DNA from: an uncultured Verrucomicrobiae bacterium
GTDB taxonomy: Bacteria; Verrucomicrobiota; Verrucomicrobiia; Chthoniobacterales; Chthoniobacteraceae
Direction: 5' to 3'
NCBI GenBank assembly: GCA_963769025.1
Contig: CAVYKI010000003.1
Location: 1,280,001 to 1,344,000, forward strand
DNA: 64,000 nucleotides
The first letter of the stretch is position 1, and each line of letters begins with the position of its first letter. A program made the translations under genes and the position numbers. The notes beneath the pieces are model-generated. The model worked only from the letters and a program-made list of their open reading frames with translations, ran no database searches and had not been told where the DNA came from. This document shows, one piece after another, positions 60,254 to 64,000 of this stretch.

Positions 60254-60835
60254 ATGAGGCGCATGCTTCTCTGGCGCGAAAAGATCCCCGATTTCTGGCT
60301 CCCGAAGGTCCGCTCGGACCTCGGCGCGGTGCTCGTGGATCACGCGCATCTCGAGCGCAAGGCCGCGACCTCCGCGCTGAACATGGAGAAATACGACGAG
60401 CTGTTCGACCGGGTCTCGGAGCTGAACGCGATCGCGATCGAGGAGCTGCAGCATTTCGAACTGGTCCTCCGGCTGCTGCGCGAACGGGGCATCCCGTTTG
60501 CCTCGGCAAAAAAGAGCCCGTGGATTTCCGGCATGATGTCGCAGGTGCGAAAGGGCCGGAAGCAGCAGGTGATCGATCATCTTGTCGCGTGCGCGCTCAT
60601 CGAGGGGCGCTCATGCGAGAAATTCCAAATCCTCGCGGAGGCCGTCCGCGATCTCGATCCTGGTCTCGCCGATTTCTACGGGAGCCTCGTGGAGAGCGAA
60701 GGCAACCACTACGCGACGTATCTGATCATGGCGCGGCACATCGACGAGGCGGAGGCGGACCGGCGGCTGGACTTTTTTCTCGATCTCGACGCGCAGCTCA
60801 TCCGCCAGCCAAACCCGCTGCCGATGCTGCACTGA
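60254..60835 (+). CDS. miaE: tRNA-(ms2io6A) hydroxylase MiaE-like ferritin-fold protein
   Basis: LVDHAHLERKAA, EELQHFE, ALIEGRSCEKF, FYGSLVESEGNHY. Confidence 0.85.
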   Translation: MRRMLLWREKIPDFWLPKVRSDLGAVLVDHAHLERKAATSALNMEKYDELFDRVSELNAIAIEELQHFELVLRLLRERGIPFASAKKSPWISGMMSQVRKGRKQQVIDHLVACALIEGRSCEKFQILAEAVRDLDPGLADFYGSLVESEGNHYATYLIMARHIDEAEADRRLDFFLDLDAQLIRQPNPLPMLH

Positions 60836-60848
60836 AGCACCGCCGCCG

Positions 60849-62294
60849 CTACAGCACTTCCTCGATCCGGCGCTGCCGTTCGCGCGCGTCTGCGTATTCG
60901 CGGGCGGCGGCCTTCCTCGGCTTCACGGGGTTGGTGAATTTATGCGCGGCGATCGGGTAGCCGAGCTTTTCGAGGACAAAGACGGTCGCGCCGCGGAGGG
61001 CGGGGTCGCACTCGCCGTTTGAATAGACGGCGCGGCCGAGGACATTCGCGAGGCGCTCCATGCCGCTCGCGGATTTTTGCGGGCTGCCGCTGGCGATCAG
61101 TTTCGGCACGCCGGACCCGTTTTCGCTGAGCAAATCGACGATGCTCGCGATGCGGTGATACGTCGCCTCGGTGACGGCCTGGAGCAGGTCGAGCGCGGTG
61201 GTGCTCTGGCGGATGCCGTGGATGGTCCCGGTCGCATCCCCGTTCCATGTCGGCGCGCGCTCGCCGTTCCATGATGGCAGGACGACGAGCCCGTGCTGCG
61301 GGCCGGGCCGCGTGGCGAGGGCGGCTTCGAGATCCGGGCCGTCGGCGAGGCGCAGTTCGCGCAGACACCATTCACGGAGGTTGCCGGCGTTGCGCACGGT
61401 GCCGTCGACGAGGTGGCGGCGCGCGTCCACGCGGAAGCAGCACGTCCCGAATGGCGCGACCGGCGCGCCATCCCGCGTCACGCGGACCGCGGCGCTGCCC
61501 GCCAGATGGATTGCCGCGATTCCGGGATGCGTGGCGCCGCAGCCGAGGCTGACGGCAGCGCCATCGCCGACGCCGGGATACCACGGCACGCCGCGCAGCT
61601 CGGGAAATTCCTGCGCGAACTGGCCGGCGACCGGCGTGGGCTCGTCGCTGATCGGGCGCAAATTTTCCGGCGAAAGCTCGGCGGACTTCAGCATCCCGGC
61701 GTCCCATTTCATCGCGGCGGGATCGAACAGCCCGGTGCCGGTGGCCATGCCGATGGCGCAATTCGCATTCCCGGCGAGCCGGAGCTGGAGCCATTCGGCG
61801 GGCGACATCCATTGGCGGACCCGCGCGAAGAGGCGCGCCTCGACGCGCTGGAGCCACGCCATTTTCGCCGGCCAGAAATCCGCGCGCAGCATGCATCCGG
61901 TGTGGGCGTGGATTTTCCGTTCGTCGAATCGCTTCCGCAGCACTCCCGCCGCGTCGCGGCAGCGCGTGTCGGCCGAGGTGATGATCCGCGTGATGGCCTC
62001 GCCCTTGTCCGTGCAGCCGACCATGCTGTGCCACATGCACGACACGCCGATTCCCGCGATGGGGCGCGTGCGCAGCGCGGCGTCCGCACGGCGTCCGTGG
62101 AGCGTCTCGGTGATGCACGCCCGCACCGCGCCGAGCATGGCGCCGGGCTCGATTTCCGACATGCCGTCGCGCGAGGTGAGGAGCGGGTAGTCGTGTTGCG
62201 CCATCGGGGCCGCGCGGCGCGCGGTGATGTCAAACCACGCGGCACGGCTCGACGAAGCGCCGATGTCGATTGCGAGGATGAGCGGCTCAGCCAT
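60849..62294 (-). CDS. FGGY-family carbohydrate kinase (gluconokinase-like)
   Basis: ILAIDIGASSSRA, SCMWHS, FWPAK, ATGTGLF, GDGAA, GERAPTWN. Confidence 0.85.
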   Translation of the reverse strand: MAEPLILAIDIGASSSRAAWFDITARRAAPMAQHDYPLLTSRDGMSEIEPGAMLGAVRACITETLHGRRADAALRTRPIAGIGVSCMWHSMVGCTDKGEAITRIITSADTRCRDAAGVLRKRFDERKIHAHTGCMLRADFWPAKMAWLQRVEARLFARVRQWMSPAEWLQLRLAGNANCAIGMATGTGLFDPAAMKWDAGMLKSAELSPENLRPISDEPTPVAGQFAQEFPELRGVPWYPGVGDGAAVSLGCGATHPGIAAIHLAGSAAVRVTRDGAPVAPFGTCCFRVDARRHLVDGTVRNAGNLREWCLRELRLADGPDLEAALATRPGPQHGLVVLPSWNGERAPTWNGDATGTIHGIRQSTTALDLLQAVTEATYHRIASIVDLLSENGSGVPKLIASGSPQKSASGMERLANVLGRAVYSNGECDPALRGATVFVLEKLGYPIAAHKFTNPVKPRKAAAREYADARERQRRIEEVL

Positions 62295-62397
62295 GTGCGC
62301 GGCACGATGAACCGCGGGGGCGCCACGACGAAAGCAGGAAATTTCCGGCGGCACTTCCGGCTTCCATTGCACGGGCAAGCCAGACACTTTTCCGCGA

Positions 62398-62961
62398 ATG
62401 CCAGCCGAAGCGCGCATCATGAAGACTTGGATCCAGCAGAAGGGACTCATCCCCGTCTTTCTGCTCGGGTTCTCGCTGTGGTTCCTGTGGGACGGCCTCA
62501 TCGGCTATCCGCGGAGCAACGAGCGATGGGACGCCCATGAGCGGCTGAAGGACAAGTCCGGCGAGTGGGAAAAATACGCCGCCTCGCGCGGCTGGACGAC
62601 CGAGCCGCCGCACCGGCGCTTCGAGAAAGGGGACATTGTCGGCCAATTCGTCTGCGCCGGGGTTGCCGGGGCGATCGGGATTTTCAGCCTCATCTTCTGG
62701 CTGCGTGCGAGAAAGCTGGTCATCCGCTCCGATGACGAGGGGGTCTTCACGCCCTCCGGTACGCGCGTGCCATACGGGAGCATCACGCAGATCGATCGGC
62801 GGCGCTGGAAATCCAAGGGCCTCGCGACGGTGTTCTATTCGCTCAACGGCTCTAAGGGCCGCTTCGTCCTGGACGATGCGAAATACGAGCCGACCGCCCT
62901 CGACACGATCCTCGAGGACATCCAGCAGCACACCACCGGCCAGGCGAAAGTGGACGAGTGA
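62398..62961 (+). CDS. Hypothetical membrane protein
   Basis: Two TM segments; WFLWDGLIGYP; IDRRRWKSKGLA...LDDAKY. Confidence 0.75.
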   Translation: MPAEARIMKTWIQQKGLIPVFLLGFSLWFLWDGLIGYPRSNERWDAHERLKDKSGEWEKYAASRGWTTEPPHRRFEKGDIVGQFVCAGVAGAIGIFSLIFWLRARKLVIRSDDEGVFTPSGTRVPYGSITQIDRRRWKSKGLATVFYSLNGSKGRFVLDDAKYEPTALDTILEDIQQHTTGQAKVDE

Positions 62962-63042
62962 GCCCAAGTGCTGAAAGCAGCACGCCCGGGACGAGTCGCG
63001 CTGATGAACTCACGTCGGCCGATTGAGCACGCCGGGATGCAC

Positions 63043-63498
63043 TCAAGGGAAAAGCCCGCCCACCGCCTTCTCCCGGAAGGCGAAGATCTTCGCGAGCCGC
63101 GGCTTCACGAGAAATGGATGCACGAGATCGCCCAGCGGACTGAAGGGCAGGACGTAGGTGACCCTGTCCGTGATTTCGACGCGACCGCCGTCGAGCGGCC
63201 TGAAGTGATGCTCGTGATGCCAGATGCGATACGGGCCGATGCGCTGCTCATCCACGAAGAGCCTCCCCGGTTCGACGTGCGTGATCTCCGTGAGCCATCG
63301 CACCGGGATGCGGAGCAGCGGGCGCACGCGGTACTCGATCATCATGCCCTGGTGGATGCGCTCCGGCAGCGCGCTGAGGATCGTGAAGTCGAGTTCCGGC
63401 GGGGTGATCTTCGCGAGGTTGCGCGGGTGGGAAAAAAAATCCCACGCGCGCTCGATGGTGGCCGGGATGATCTGAGTGGCGTCTAGCACGTGGATCAT
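63043..63498 (-). CDS. SRPBCC family protein
   Basis: WDFFSHPRNLAKITP, WLTEIT, FVDEQRIGPYRIWHHEH, IFAFR. Confidence 0.9.
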   Translation of the reverse strand: MIHVLDATQIIPATIERAWDFFSHPRNLAKITPPELDFTILSALPERIHQGMMIEYRVRPLLRIPVRWLTEITHVEPGRLFVDEQRIGPYRIWHHEHHFRPLDGGRVEITDRVTYVLPFSPLGDLVHPFLVKPRLAKIFAFREKAVGGLFP

Positions 63499-63540
63499 GT
63501 TGGGGACGGAGGATTTTACGCGAGGCCGAACCTGGGAAGA

Positions 63541-63751
63541 TCAATCGCTCTGCGCGGCGATGCGGATCATCACCTCATTCCGGCGCATGAATACGGGTGT
63601 CCACGGCGGATCGTAGTAGGCAAACGTCGCATCGCCCTTTGCCGCAATCCGCTGCGACTCCAGCCATGCCCTCAGCGTTTCCTCCGCTGGCGAGCCGGAG
63701 AAAGGTCATGGCGACGGGCAGGAGGATGAGGGGCGCTTTGGGACGTTTCAT
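63541..63751 (-). pseudogene. SOUL heme-binding protein remnant with internal deletion
   Basis: Frame absent from the ORF track reads EETLRAWLESQRIAAKGDATFAYYDPPWTPVFMRRNEVMIRI* (SOUL C-terminal motif); a leader MKRPKAPLILLPVAM starts at 63751 in a different frame. Confidence 0.65.
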
Positions 63752-64000
63752 GGTGTGGTGGTAAAGTCTGTGGGCAGCCCGACGTGTCCCCATCCCGCGC
63801 GTTCCCTTTCGGCATCGGCGATTTTCCTCAGCACCTTGTGGTGCGCATATTTTCCGAGGACGAGACGCAGCGGCGGCGACTTGGATTCGGCGGCGGCGAG
63901 AATGGCTGCGGCTGCCTTGTCCGGATCACCGGCCTCTTCGCCATCCATCGCTTCGAGCACGCGCAGGAATTTTCCACTCGTGGAATCGTAGGCGGCGATG
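63748..64000 (-). CDS. Short-chain dehydrogenase/reductase, C-terminal part (runs off window)
   Basis: IAAYD...GDPDKAAAAILAA...PPLRLVLG...W resembles the C-terminus of a common SDR subfamily. Confidence 0.7.
   Translation of the reverse strand, partial: IAAYDSTSGKFLRVLEAMDGEEAGDPDKAAAAILAAAESKSPPLRLVLGKYAHHKVLRKIADAERERAGWGHVGLPTDFTTTP

Noticed and set aside
1..64000. tRNA, rRNA or riboswitch genes
   Set aside because: No cloverleaf with a T-loop consensus, rRNA-like tract or recognisable riboswitch consensus seen in the intergenic regions; a covariance-model scan would be needed to exclude them fully

Overview
GC-rich, gene-dense 64-kb bacterial window that looks like Verrucomicrobiota (Chthoniobacterales-like). 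That assignment is inferred from the gene families present: a DUF1552/DUF1592 pair, an ECF sigma with a FecR-LamG anti-sigma, a PATR-repeat protein, DUF5069 and MqnD. About 60 genes are present. They cover housekeeping (ispE, fba, glpX, mqnD, crcB, ltaE, yebC, LolC/E-type permease, RpoD-family sigma, DEAD-box helicase, miaE), many secreted carbohydrate/redox enzymes (30-49 kb and 53-60 kb), a GAF histidine kinase with two response regulators, a Phd/RelE-like toxin-antitoxin pair, one complete IS5-family element and three kinds of intergenic palindrome. Many ordinary genes carry single-base frameshifts, and two stretches (~16.95-18.1 kb, ~21.55-22.2 kb) lose coding signal, so the sequence looks like uncorrected long-read data; several long 'fusion' ORFs in the track are artefacts. 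Best leads: (1) a 32-bp bipartite motif, GTTTGCTAAC-N15-GGAMTRA, repeated exactly upstream of the ECF sigma gene and of the 1646-aa pectate-lyase/PATR gene, defining a probable autoregulated glycan-sensing circuit with no TonB receptor; (2) a Tat-exported polysaccharide-pyruvyltransferase-family protein coupled to a secreted glycosidase and a LacI repressor; (3) recurrent sigma70 promoters placed for leaderless transcription. No rRNA, tRNA or CRISPR array was seen. All product calls come from motif recognition by eye; no searches were run.
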